Assembly (NCBI RefSeq): GCF_006345805.1
Contig: NC_043002.1
Span: 107,384,001-107,448,000 of the forward strand
DNA length: 64,000 nucleotides
Direction: 5' to 3'
Origin: Octopus sinensis
Lineage: Eukaryota
Part shown: one piece after another, positions 11,764-23,697 of the stretch
Layout: each line of letters starts with the position of its first letter
How positions within the stretch are numbered: position 1 is the first letter of the stretch
Translations under genes and position numbers: made by a program
The notes under the pieces: generated by a model
The model's input: the letters and a program-made list of their open reading frames with translations, nothing else
The model's database searches: none
Told to the model about the DNA's origin: nothing

Positions 11764-14556
11764 AATATATAAAAGCACAAGGTGGTGAACGTTAGCACAC
11801 CAGGCAAAGTGCATAGTAACATTTCATCCATCTTTTCACTCTGAGTTCAAATTCAGCCGAGGTCAGCTTTGCCTTTCATCCTTTTGGGGTTGAAAAAATA
11901 AGTACCAGTTGAGCAGAGGGGTTGATGTAAATGACTTAGCCCCACCCACTGAAGTTACTCGCTTTGTGCCAAAATTTTGAACAGTATACAAGAGCAGAAG
12001 CACAGGTGTGTGGTTAAGACATTTGCTTCACAACAGCATGATAGCATGGTTTGGGGTTCAGTCTAGCTGCATGGCACCTTGGTTAGGTGTCTTCTACTAC
12101 AGCCACAAGTCAACCAAAAACTTGTGAATGAATTTAGTTGATGGAAACTGAAAGAAATCTACTAAAACATTATCCTTGTTTACCATCTGCCTTCCATGCT
12201 GGCATGGGTGGGATAGTTTGACAAGAGCTGGCCAGGCAGAAGCCTGTATCAGACTTCTGTAACTGATTTGGCAGGATTTTACCGCTGGATGCCCTTCCTA
12301 ACACTAACCACTCAGCAGATATGTATGTGTGTATATATATATACACAGACATATAGTAAGAAAAGGGAGGAAGAGAATTTTGATTATCGCCTCATGGTGA
12401 GTTGTAATGCAAAAAAAATATATATATATAGTAAAAGGAAAATGCATGCAGTTTACATAGTTTTAATATATTTTAAATAAAAGAGTATTGTGGTTGTCGA
12501 CTGGTTTCACTTTTGCTAATCATAACATTGAAATTATTGTGATTTTGTATTTTTTAAGAAGTTTTTAGTCTATGTTCTTATATGAAAGTTTGAATGAATC
12601 AACGAATTATTATTATTATTATTATATATTATATATATATGTGTGTGTGTGTGTGAGTGAATGTGTTAATGCCTCCTTGTGTTTACTTCTTGTGATCGTT
12701 GTGAATGAGCATCATTGTCATACAAGCATTGTTGTTTGTTCTTTTATGAAAAAAAACCATATTTGGCCAAGGGGTATTATTTATCTTACTTGGAAATAGG
12801 TATGTATTGGCAGCAGGAAGGACATCAGCTGCAGAAAATCTATCTCGGCAAATTCCATCTGACCCATGCTTGCATGAAAAAAATGAATGTTAAAATGATG
12901 ATGATGAAGATGATGATGATGATGATGGGTGTGTGTGTGTAATGTCATTTTACATGATACCAATATTATTGCTCAATGTATTTGTGTGAATGAAATGTTA
13001 GCATGTTATTCATCATCTACCACCCTCATTTTGTCTCGCATATCACTATGTCCATTTATTATTACTTTGTCTCTTTCATCACGATGCCTGTGTAATGAAG
13101 TATGGCTTTGTTTCTGATCATATTCAATCTCCACTACTATCACTCTTCTCTATTATTAGCCATTTCGCAATCTCATCTTTTTTTCTCTCTATCACATTCT
13201 TGCTCTTTTCACTCTGGTTCTCCATTCTTACTTTCTCTTCTCTCGCACCTGCAACCTGGTTGTCTCTCTGTCATCATTTTCTCTTCTGTTGCCCCTGCCT
13301 CCCTTATGTTCCATTGAACAGAGACAACTGATGGCTGGGAGGACTCTATAGTCCAGGACAGAGCCACCACTCTGATGTTGGTGCCAAAATAAAATACCTC
13401 CTGTATACTCTGTAAAATTGGATGGTGTGAGGAAGGATATTCAGCCATAGAATCCATGCCACAAAGAAAGATGGCTGTAGGATATGGTCCCCCAATCCAT
13501 GTAGAGGATGAGAGCAATAATTCTAAATAAGTAGTATGGGGGCATGTGCTGACGTCGAGCCTAGGAAGAGGTGAGCTTTTGTAGCTGACGGGTAGGCTCA
13601 AATGCTTGTTTGGAACAGACTGTCTCACATGATTTATTTGCAGGTTGTGATTGGTTAGGTTGCATATTGGCACATGATAGAGTATGATTCAAGTTGCACC
13701 AATATGAACCAATCGGAGTGGTAGTCACAACAGGGTCCACAACAGCGCCCAAAGGCTAGTTGTTACCTGCTACATTCATATGTACTTAATATGAGAGAGG
13801 AAGCTCACTAGAGTTTGCTACACTGTCTACCAAATTCACTCACAAGGCTTTGGTCAGACTTCGGCTATAGTAGAAGACACTTGACCAAGGTGCCTCGCGG
13901 TGGGACTGAACCCAAAACCATGTGGTTGGTAAGCAAGCTTCTTACTACACAGCCGTGCCTGTGCCTTCCCTTGTAATGTTGACTTACAATTTAATTCCAA
14001 GATGTTACCCATTATACAAGTGTGGGTGTGTGTTACATAATTCGGATGCATCATAAAAGCTATACAATCCATATTAATGATTTCTTTTAAACTTTTTTTT
14101 TCAGTTGACAGTTGTGTTTGAAGATAAATACATAAATAAACAAACAAACTATTGATTGTTTAACTAAATACAAACTGTTTTTTTATTGAACCTATCCACA
14201 GTGGTTTGACAGCATCGGTTTCTTCTTTCCTCCCTCCCCCCTTCCCGCCTCCCACCACCCCTGTTTCGATATGAATTTATGAAGAAACATCTTCTTTCCT
14301 TAGAAGATATGTGACATCGTAAGATCAACCGAGGAAATATTTGAATTTGTAATATTACATACTTCTTAGCTTCCAACAAAAAGCATTCCAGCTAGAATCA
14401 CCTCATATCATCATTATCATCATCATCATTATCAGTTTACCATCCACTTTGCCATACTTGCATTTGTCAGACAGAATTTGTTGAGCCAAATTTTTCTATG
14501 GTCAGATGCCATTCCTGTCACCAACCTTCACCTGTTTCCAAACAAGGTAATGTTTC

Positions 14557-14750
14557 AGTTCTATATTTAAGAGATGAGGAATTATTTACATTATTTACAT
14601 TTGACAGATATTTGTCTTCATCTTGTTTGTTGTTAACACAACATTTCAACTGATATACCTGAAGAAGGCTGGAGGGTACATCAGCCGAAACATTGTGTTA
14701 ACAACAAACAAGATGAGGACAAATATTCATCAAATGTAAATAATGTAAAT
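14557..14750. mobile_element. Penelope-like inverted 3' end with hammerhead motif (family H2)
   Basis: ~80-bp imperfect inverted arms; 13-bp direct repeat aaggtaatgtttc at 14544-14556 and 14751-14763; CTGAAGA A GGCTG..CAGCC GAAAC starting at 14659. Confidence 0.7.
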
Positions 14751-15224
14751 AAGGTAATGTTTCTGCATGACCAAACATATTTTTTCAGGTTTACGAAAGG
14801 TTTTTTACTGGTATTTAACAGAAAATATGGCCTGATTGTATAGACCTGAGCTAAGGCAGTCCGGCTATGATCATCTCATCACTCCTTCCACTGACATAAG
14901 AGTACTTAGGGTTATATTTTCCATTTTAAAGTTACACTTTTTCATAAAAAAGAGAGGTTTGAGGAAGATTTGACAGTTATGTCTTGCAGGTCAAGTAACT
15001 TCATAAAGTCTCCTCTGTTGATTTGATATAGGGTACGTGATGGGATAATAAAATGGCTGGGATCAGGCCTTTTTAATTTCTGATTGAGAGAGACAGAGAG
15101 AGAGAGAGTGTGTGTGTGTGTGTATGTGTTACTGCTTTCAGAAGCATTTCATGAAATGTGATGGAAGAGAAGGTTTGCTAAGTGATGGTTTCAAAACTTT
15201 TAGTGTTCTACTTGTTGTTTCACT

Positions 15225-15712
15225 CCAGGTCAGTACTGACTGAGCAAGACTATGATCAACAGACATTTCAGCCATAACCATCCTGCCCTTTTTCACTTTT
15301 CAGATACAGTCTATCTTGGACTACATTATTCAATATACCCTTTTTTTTAAAAAAAAAATGGTGGTAAGGTGTGATTTCAGGAAAATTTGATTGCTTTTTC
15401 TAGCAGTTCAAACAACCACATAGAAACCCCTTTATTTTGCTGTTGTTATATTTGATGTTGCTTAGCCCCAGGTCAGCACTGACTGACCAAAATTATGACC
15501 AAAGGCATTCCAACCATGACTATTCCATCATTCTCTTGGACATTGTATATCTTGAATAGTCATGGTTGGAATGCCTTTGATCATAAGTTTGGTCTGTCAG
15601 TGCTGACCTGGGGCTCAGTATAATTCTTCTTTTATGAGTAGGGTATAATTTGAGGAAGATTTGGCTACTATTTCTAACAGTTCATATAGAGACCTCCTCA
15701 TTGGCTCAAAAA
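15225..15712 (+). mobile_element. Two copies of old repeat family F (ccccaggtcagccctgat...gagatttggctgctatttctagc)
   Basis: Diverged copies also at ~17320, 20285, 20700, 23715, 48120 and 62515; element class not determined. Confidence 0.6.
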
Positions 15713-16784
15713 CTTGTAGTTTTTCCAGTATTATATTGCGAAGTCTTTTGCCAAGTTGAAAGACTGCCAGAGATTCAAAGTATCTTCATCTGACTTGCAG
15801 CTCTGTCTCCTGTTTCTACAATTCTATTTATTTTGCTATTATTACATAAAATTCATGAAACAACACACTACCAACAGTAGAGCACCAGGCTAAATGATGT
15901 ACAGCAGTTGATAGGGTTCCATCTCTCTACATTGTGAGTTCAAATCTCACCAGGGTTAGACTTTTGTATTCCATCCTTAAGTACAAGCCAATTCAGTCAC
16001 TAGAAATAATAACTAAGCCTTTCTCATATCACCTCCTGTAGTCTCAAACATAGAAGGCCACATTGAATAATGTAGTCTGAGATAAACTGTGTCTGGAGAA
16101 AAATAACATGTTCACAGCTTCGATGCCTTTGAACATTGGGTCTACTTGATCAAAGGGAGCTGCCCTGGGGCTGGGGTAAACAGCAATAACAATGGCTGAG
16201 AGTCGTTGATGTTGGAGTCAGCAGAGTCACGGATCACCCAGCCACAGATGAAGTGTTGAAGATTCATATCTAGCTCCATGTGCTGTGAAGCAGCTACAGC
16301 CAAGATATTTCTCTCTCACTGTCTCAGTCTTTATAGCTCTAAATAAGTTCCATAAGGAGGTACAATTTACTTGTTTCAACAGTGAGAGTTCATTATGTGC
16401 TAAGGAATGGTTTCATTGTTTGGTGAACAAAATTTAACCCAGTCCCAGCTCGAAGCCCCCTGTCTGTAGTCTCCTAACAACTTGTGTTTCTATTCAAGTT
16501 TTGATTCTGTACATCAATAGCTTGTGGTGCCTTAAATTCACAAAATACTATTTCATGTTAAACTCATTGTCTTTCATACTTGAGAAATAACCAAGAAGAC
16601 GTGTGTGTGCGCGCGTATATGCATGTGTGTGTGTGTGGATGCAGTTGTCAGATCTATGACGAAAGGCATTTCAGCCATTGCTTCTCTGTTGTTTTAGAAT
16701 ACAACAATCCCTTGACTATCATGGGTGCTATGTTCCAAAACCCCTGCGTAGGTGAAAATCTGCAAAGTCAAAACAGTACTGTAT

Positions 16785-16921
16785 CATCATTGTTTAACGT
16801 CTGTTTTCCATGCTAGCATGGGTTGGACGGTTCGACCGGGGTCTGGGAAGCCAGGGGCTGCACCAGGTTCCAGTCTGATCTGGCAGTATTTCTACAGCTT
16901 GATGCCCTTCCTAACACCAAC
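16785..16921 (-). mobile_element. RTE-type 3' tail (SINE family D 3' part)
   Basis: gttggtgttaggaagggcatc...cccatgctagcatggaaaacagacgttaaac(aat/gat)n matches family D and the known RTE 3' motif ggaagggcatcc. Confidence 0.85.
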
Positions 16922-16932
16922 AAAATGTGTGA

Positions 16933-17051
16933 TGCTTACAGCACCTAGGTTTCCCAAGCGGTCACCCATCTAAGTACTGACTAGGCTCGATGTTGCTTAA
17001 CTTTGGTGATCGGACGAGAACCGGTGCTTTCAACGTGATATGGCCGTAAGC
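16933..17051 (-). rRNA. 5S rRNA: Full-length 5S rRNA sequence (119 nt), probably a retroposed copy
   Basis: GCTTACGGCCATATCACGTTGAAAGCACCGGTTCTCGTCCGATCACCAAAGTTAAGCAACATCGAGCCTAGTCAGTACTTAGATGGGTGACCGCTTGGGAAACCTAGGTGCTGTAAGCA; helix I pairs, box A and box C are recognisable, and a T4 lies 7 nt downstream. Two apparent CpG transitions suggest a pseudogene. Confidence 0.9.
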
Positions 17052-19204
17052 AATACTGTATATTTTATTATTATTACTTTTATAATTTGTATATATTTAT
17101 TTTATTTTAAATGCAAAACAACACCATGGAGGAATTGATGTAAGCTTAAATAATAATCTGGGATAGGTGAACCACGATATGGCTAGGGATTACTGTATGT
17201 CTGCCATTCCATTATCCAATCTGTCTTTTACCTTAAGATATTTTGAGGTAGATTTAGCTGCTAATTCTTGTTGGTCAAGCTACCAAACAGAGGTTTTTCC
17301 ATTGGATTATGTTTTTGTTTATGTTTAGTGTCACACCAGCTCTGATCCAGATGTTCTAGCCATGACCATCCTGTTGAGTTTTTTTTTCTTTTCTTCTTTT
17401 AGAACTCTTTTTTTAAGACAAAGTATATGATTTGAGGGAGATTTGCTTGCTATTTTCACCAAGAGACTTCATAGAGGTTTCGTCATTGTACGTTTGAGTG
17501 TGTGTGAAAAATTAGATAACCAAAAACAAAAGTATTGTCTGACATGTTTCTATATTTAACGGTGAATTTTGGGTGAAATAGCTTCCCAGTTTGGGAAGAA
17601 ATTCCTGGACCTCCCCCTTCATCCTTTCATCATGCCATTTATAAACATAATTACACTTTAATAGTAGGCATCATCCATCCGACAATGACTCAAAGATATA
17701 TGGCAGAAATATAGCCACAACTTGGAGCACAAACCAACAACTACAACATCAACAACAGCACCACAAGTAACAATTTATGTTTTTTTTAAGACCTTTTGTG
17801 GTGACATTATCAATTTTCATTCAGTTTGATTCCCAGGAAATGCTAGTTATTTGTCTGTAAAAATAGAGAATAAAAATAAATAGAAATGTTCTAAAGGCTT
17901 TTGTATTTAACATTTTGACACTAAATATGCTGCAGAGATATATCTTCGCATTACAATAGAGAGAGAGAGAGAGAGAAAGAAAACCAGGCTTGGCTTCTGC
18001 GGCCTCTCTTGCAGCTTCTCTTTTTTTTTCTATTTTTTTGTTTTCTTTTCTAATGGTTTCTTTGGAAAAGCTGAATATTTTCCATTACTATGTTTGTGGT
18101 GTGTGTGTGTGTGTGTGTGTGTGTATGAGGAGTAGATAGACAGCCGACAACTGATGAAGGGTCGTTCTTTATGTTACTCGTCCTGTTTTCGTGTTTTCAA
18201 TTTTCCCTCATTGTTTGTGTATTGAACTCATTTGTTTTCGTATTTCATGTTGTTTACTGTTGGTGACGTCCTGTATCCATATAAACTGGAGCCTGATGCA
18301 GCTGCTGACTCTCCAGACCTCAGTCAAACCATCCAACCCATGCCAGCATGGAAAACAGACGTTAAATGATGATGATAAGGATAATATATATATATTATTT
18401 ATATTATTATATATTATGTATATATATAAAATCATCATTTACCATTTGTCTGCCATACTGGCATGGGTTGAATGGTTCACTGTTTGCTTTAGCAAGGTTC
18501 CTATGGCTGGATGCCCTACCTAATCCCATCCAATCATTTTACAGAGTTTATTGGGTGCCTTTTTATTATGACACCAGCCCCACTGAGGTTGCCGGATAAT
18601 TTGCGAGACAAAGAACAAAAGTAAAGCTCCCTTGATTGAATAGGAGTGCATTAGAGAGGGAGGTGGCTTTAAGTCAGATAGTTGTGGGAAGCTAAACTAT
18701 GAGAGAGGGACAGGAACAGGTGGCCTACTGCAGAGAAAATAAATGGCTACTTCACTTGATATAGGATTGGAGAAAGTTGCTGGAAAGAAGATGGTGGTGA
18801 CTAGGTGTCAGAGCATACTCTCAAGCTACAAGAATGTGAATGTAAGGGACAATACAGACAGAGGATCAGGAGGAGTCTGAATAAGTTTATTGGTCTAAGA
18901 GGAGAGCGACAAGTGGTTAGAAATGAGGGCAGAGGTTAATGTAGTGAATATTGTACAAGGGTGGATGTGGAGTCAAAGGCAGAAATCAAAATATCAGCAA
19001 AGAGTGTGGAGTATGTAAAAGAAATACTCCAGGAGGAATTGAGTGATAAGTGACAATACAGGAAGGGAGTGTAGAGGGCAGCCATCTAATAAACCCAGTG
19101 AATCAGAAAATAAGGTGATAATGTGTGGGGCTGGGACAGTATGATGATTAGGGTGGGGAGACATGTACAAGGACAGATTTGTGTGTTGTGTAAAATATTA
19201 ACAA

Positions 19205-19375
19205 AAGGTGATGGAGTGGCTGTGTGGTAAGTAGCTTGCTTACCAACCACATAGTTCTGGGTTCAGTCCCACTGTGTGGCACCTTCTGCTATAGCCTCGG
19301 GCTGACCAAAGCCTTGTGAGTGGATTTGGTAGACGGAAACTGAAAGAAGTCCATTGTGTATATATACATACATAT

Positions 19376-19435
<60 letters not shown>

Positions 19436-19640
19436 ATGTGTCTATGTTTGTTCTCTTGACAACTGATGTTGGTGTGTCAATGTCCCCCCGTAACTTAGCA
19501 GTTTGGCAAAAGAGATCAATATAATAAGTATTAGGCTTTCAAAGAATAAGTTCAGGGGTCGATATATTCAACTAAAAGGCTGTACTCCAGCATGGCTACT
19601 GTCAAATGACTGAAACAAATAAAAGAGTAAAAGAGTAATC
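19205..19640 (+). mobile_element. SINE family A
   Basis: Family A consensus with an expanded (TA)n. Confidence 0.85.
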
Positions 19641-20920
19641 CGTATATCATGCTTAAGGCAGATATACTGTTGAAAGCCTGCTAAACTGTAATGTTTGTTT
19701 CAAGAGAGTGTCCTGTGGAGAGGTATAGTGTTAAAAAGTACAGAAATATATGAGAAGCAGATGAAAATCAACCAGCATCAGTGGTGACATTGCTAAACAT
19801 GTATTTCTACTTCTTTGGGCTTCATCAGCAGTAAATATTCACTAGCAACCACATGCTAAGAGAAATTTAGCCTCTACTGATGTAGAAAAACAGTGACTGA
19901 AAAACCTCTGATGTCACAATTAGCTCTCAGACTGAATGAAAATTTACTTGAAACAGAAGCAGTATTAGTTTAAAATAGCAACCTGTATATCATACTTAAA
20001 ACAGAAAAATCATTGAAAGCCTGAATGCCACCACCACCACCACCACCAGTCCTGCTGGACAATTTTCATCTACTACTGATAGATTTCTGTGTTTTTTTAA
20101 CTGTATACATGCATAACAGATGTTTTCTTGAGATATATGCCACAATTTAGCCACTGGTCAATGGCTGGTTGACAATGATATATTGTAAAGCTTGAACTTC
20201 CCTTAACTCTGTGGAACACCTGCTAGAATTATATGGATTTTACCAGAACTCCATTGTTTTATTTTCTTTGTAGCATGTAAATGTTGTTTAACCCCTGGTT
20301 AGTTCTGATCAAGTAAACCTATGATCAAAGACATTCCATTGATGACCATCACACCTTTTATTCAAACATAATGTATCTATGTTTACATTATCCAATAGGT
20401 GGTCTTCTTTTGTTAAGATGTTTGAATGTGATCTGATGGAGATTTAGCTTCTGTTTCTACCAGTAAATAGTCTTCCATCATTGACTTGTGAGAATATTTG
20501 TGTTGTTGTTGTTTATCAACCTTGTCACCTTTGATCAAATAAATCTATAATCTAGACTCAATACAATTATGACCATCCTGTCTGTATGTATATCAAGTCC
20601 CATAATGTTTTTAAAGCAGTAAAGTGTGAAATGAAAGAAATTTGGTTGCTATTTTTAACAGGTTGAGTGACAACAAAGAACCCCACCGTCATTGGTCCAT
20701 GAACCACCAGTTCATTCTGATCCAACAGACCTATGACCAAAGACATTCCAACCATGGCCATCCTATCTTTTTTCCCTCTATGTGCAAGGAATCTAGGAAC
20801 ATATTATCCAATGATTTTTCTTAATTTTTCCCTAAAACTGTAGGGTATGATTTGAGGAAGATTTGACTCTTGTTTCTAGTATGTAGAGGCTTTTTCATTG
20901 GCCTGTGTATGTGTTACATT

Positions 20921-20921
<1 letters not shown>

Positions 20922-20986
<65 letters not shown>
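20922..20986. repeat. (TG)n microsatellite
   Basis: Pure TG run. Confidence 0.95.
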
Positions 20987-20987
<1 letters not shown>

Positions 20988-21504
20988 AACTATCTTACAG
21001 ATTAGGTGACTGTATGGAAGCTCCCTCGTTAGTATGACTCGTTAGGGTGCAAGAATACATGTGGTCAAATGTGGCAATGTGGATCACCATCAGCAGCGAT
21101 TAATCGAGAGGAGAATTTGTAGAATGCCTGTAAGTTTAGTTATTTTGAGCAGTGGAAAGTGTGAGGTTTCAGGCTTATGCCCTTCAACTAAAACAGGATT
21201 GACATGGATGGCATGGATGGGTTTAAAATGTTCAAGCAAGTTTGACCAGAAGATGACTCTGAATAGAGAAGTATTTCATGAGTGTACATACTGGCACAAA
21301 GAAGTTACCACAGTGAAGATCTGTGTCCTATCCAAGGGGAACTTGGATAGGACACAGAATGAATAATTAACATAATAAATGTCCTCATGAATAATTAATA
21401 TACAATTTTGTAACATTAATTTCGTAAGTGAAGCAGAAATGAAAGGTAAATATTATTCTCCACATATATGAAGAATCATGATTTAGAAACACATTAACTT
21501 ACTT

Positions 21505-21856
21505 ATTAGATGCCAGCGCCGCCTCGACTGGCTTCCGTGTCGGTGGCACGTAAAAAGCACCATCCAAATCGTGGCCGAAGCCAGTGCCACCTCAACTGGC
21601 TTCCGTGCAGGTGGCACGTAAAATGCACCAATCCGACCGTGGCCAATGCCAGCCTCGCCTGGCACCAGTGCAGGTGGCACGTAAAAAGCACCCACTACAC
21701 TCATGGAGTGGTTGGCGTTAGGAAGGGCATCCAGCTGTAGAAACATTGCCAGATAAGACCGGAGCCTGGTGCAGCCTTCTGGCTTCCCAGATCCCCGGTC
21801 GAACTGTCCAACCCATGCTAGCATGGAGAATGGACGTTAAACGATGATGATGATGA
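21505..21856 (+). mobile_element. SINE family D (RTE-type tail, (GAT)n end) with diverged internal tandem units
   Basis: Three diverged ...ggtggcacgtaaaa... units, then the RTE tail and gatgatgat. Other copies at ~10857, 12165, 18270, 24590, 28432, 35575, 38550 and 41505. Confidence 0.8.
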
Positions 21857-22254
21857 TTAGAGTAAGGTGAAAGTGAAGATGTAAACATCCATGCTGGTGG
21901 TTTACGTTGTGTGACTTAGCATACTTGAATGTCACAAGATGAGTTTAAGGATATCCTAAAAATATGTAAATTACTTCATTATTTTTATCATGACTGTGTG
22001 AGATAATTAGGTTTATTTAGGTCTAAATAACCTAAATGGTAATACATCTATCAATGTTAAATCAAGCCAAACAACAAAGCATCGGTGTAGATGGTTTATT
22101 GTATTTAGTTCTTAGTATGGCAGTTGTGGTTTCCAATCCATCTAGGACCAGCTTTGGAGCTTCAGTAGTTTAAGATAATCTTTAATATAAGGAAATTAAT
22201 GTTTACCTGTTTAGTGTAGTGGGCATCAAAAATCTAATTAGATATAATTATAGG

Positions 22255-22420
22255 CACAAGCATGGCTGTGTGGTAAGAAAGTTACTTTTCAATCACATGG
22301 TTCCAGGTTCAGTCCTACTGTGTGGCACCTTGGACCTAGGGTAGACCTTGGTGTCTTCTACCAGAGCCTTGGGCAGACCTTGTGAGTGGATTTAGTAGAT
22401 GGAAACTAAAAGAAACCCAC

Positions 22421-22501
<81 letters not shown>

Positions 22502-22712
22502 CTTTGTTTCTATGTTTGTCCCCCACCACTGCTTGACAACTGGTATTGGTGTGTTTAGATTCCTGTAACTTAGCAGTTCAGCAAAGGAGACCAATGGAAT
22601 AAGTGCCAAGTTTAAACTGGGGTTGATTCATTTGACTAGAAGTTCTTCAAGGTGGTGCCCCAGTATGGCCACAATCTAATTAATGACTGAAACAAGTAAA
22701 AGATAAAAGATG
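22255..22712 (+). mobile_element. SINE family A, decayed
   Basis: Family A consensus. Confidence 0.8.
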
Positions 22713-23299
22713 TAGTGAAGAAGCAAGTCAATTACTAATGCCATTAGCATGCAAGGCAAATCTGGACATGTTTTGGTTTTATTAAACCTTTTCAGTGAAG
22801 CATGCACTTCTCCATAGCTACCAAAGTAGTGATGAGAGAATCGTTATATCGGTGTACCATGAGTCCTCATGAATAATTAACATACAAGCAAGTTGTCCAA
22901 AGTTGTCTGACTTATTTATCAAAGTACTTAAAATAACATTTAATCATTAACTTAATATTGTCTTTTCCTCTATACACAAGTATTTCTAATTAGATTTCTA
23001 TTGCTCACTGTATTAAATATGTTAACACTAACTTAACTATTGTTTTCTATGCAGATGGCATTTCTAAGCAATTAATATGTGTGATTTGCTTTTATTTATA
23101 TTTATTTTTTTCAGTGTTAAATTTTTTTCTTATCAACCAGTGTATATTATTGTATTTCTGCTCTGACATTTTCACATCATAATTTGATGTCTGTAATTGA
23201 ATGACGAGGTCTGCTAAGATTGAAATATGTCTAGTGTTATCTCCCTTACTTGCTGAAATTATCATAGTATTTTTAGTTATTGAGCTAATCAGTGTCTAA

Positions 23300-23697
23300 T
23301 CTTTATATATAAAAGTCAAGTTGTGTGTCTGTCTCCTACAATTTAGATTCCTAACTACTCCCACATTTTGCGGTGCAGTGTAACCAAAAGCGGATATCTT
23401 ATAGTCGTGATTCATATCGAGCCCTTCTGGGTATTAGCGCGCATCTACGATGAGTCTACGATTTAAAAAAAAATTTACCATCATTTTTTTCCATTTTAAT
23501 GCATTTTTTTCGCTATTATATAAGGGAAGTAACTCTCTAAAAATGTCTACGATGAGTCAACGATTTAAAAAAAAAATTACCATCATTTTTTTCCCATTTT
23601 TAATGCATTTTTTTGCTATTTTTTGGCTATAACTCTCTAAAAATGCTTTATAGTTATTTCCCTTACAAACCCGAGCAACGCCGGGCGATACTGCTAG
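23300..23697 (+). mobile_element. Non-autonomous Helitron (~400 bp)
   Basis: A|TC start, subterminal hairpin cccgagcaacgccggg, CTAG|T end, no TSD; near-identical copy at 45681-46080; internal ~85-bp tandem duplication. Confidence 0.85.

Noticed and set aside
18150-18200. CTGATGA as another hammerhead
   Set aside because: No stem II closure or GAAA follows it.
21061-21366. 101-aa plus-strand ORF in unique sequence
   Set aside because: Non-ATG start, no recognisable domain and no clear splice context.
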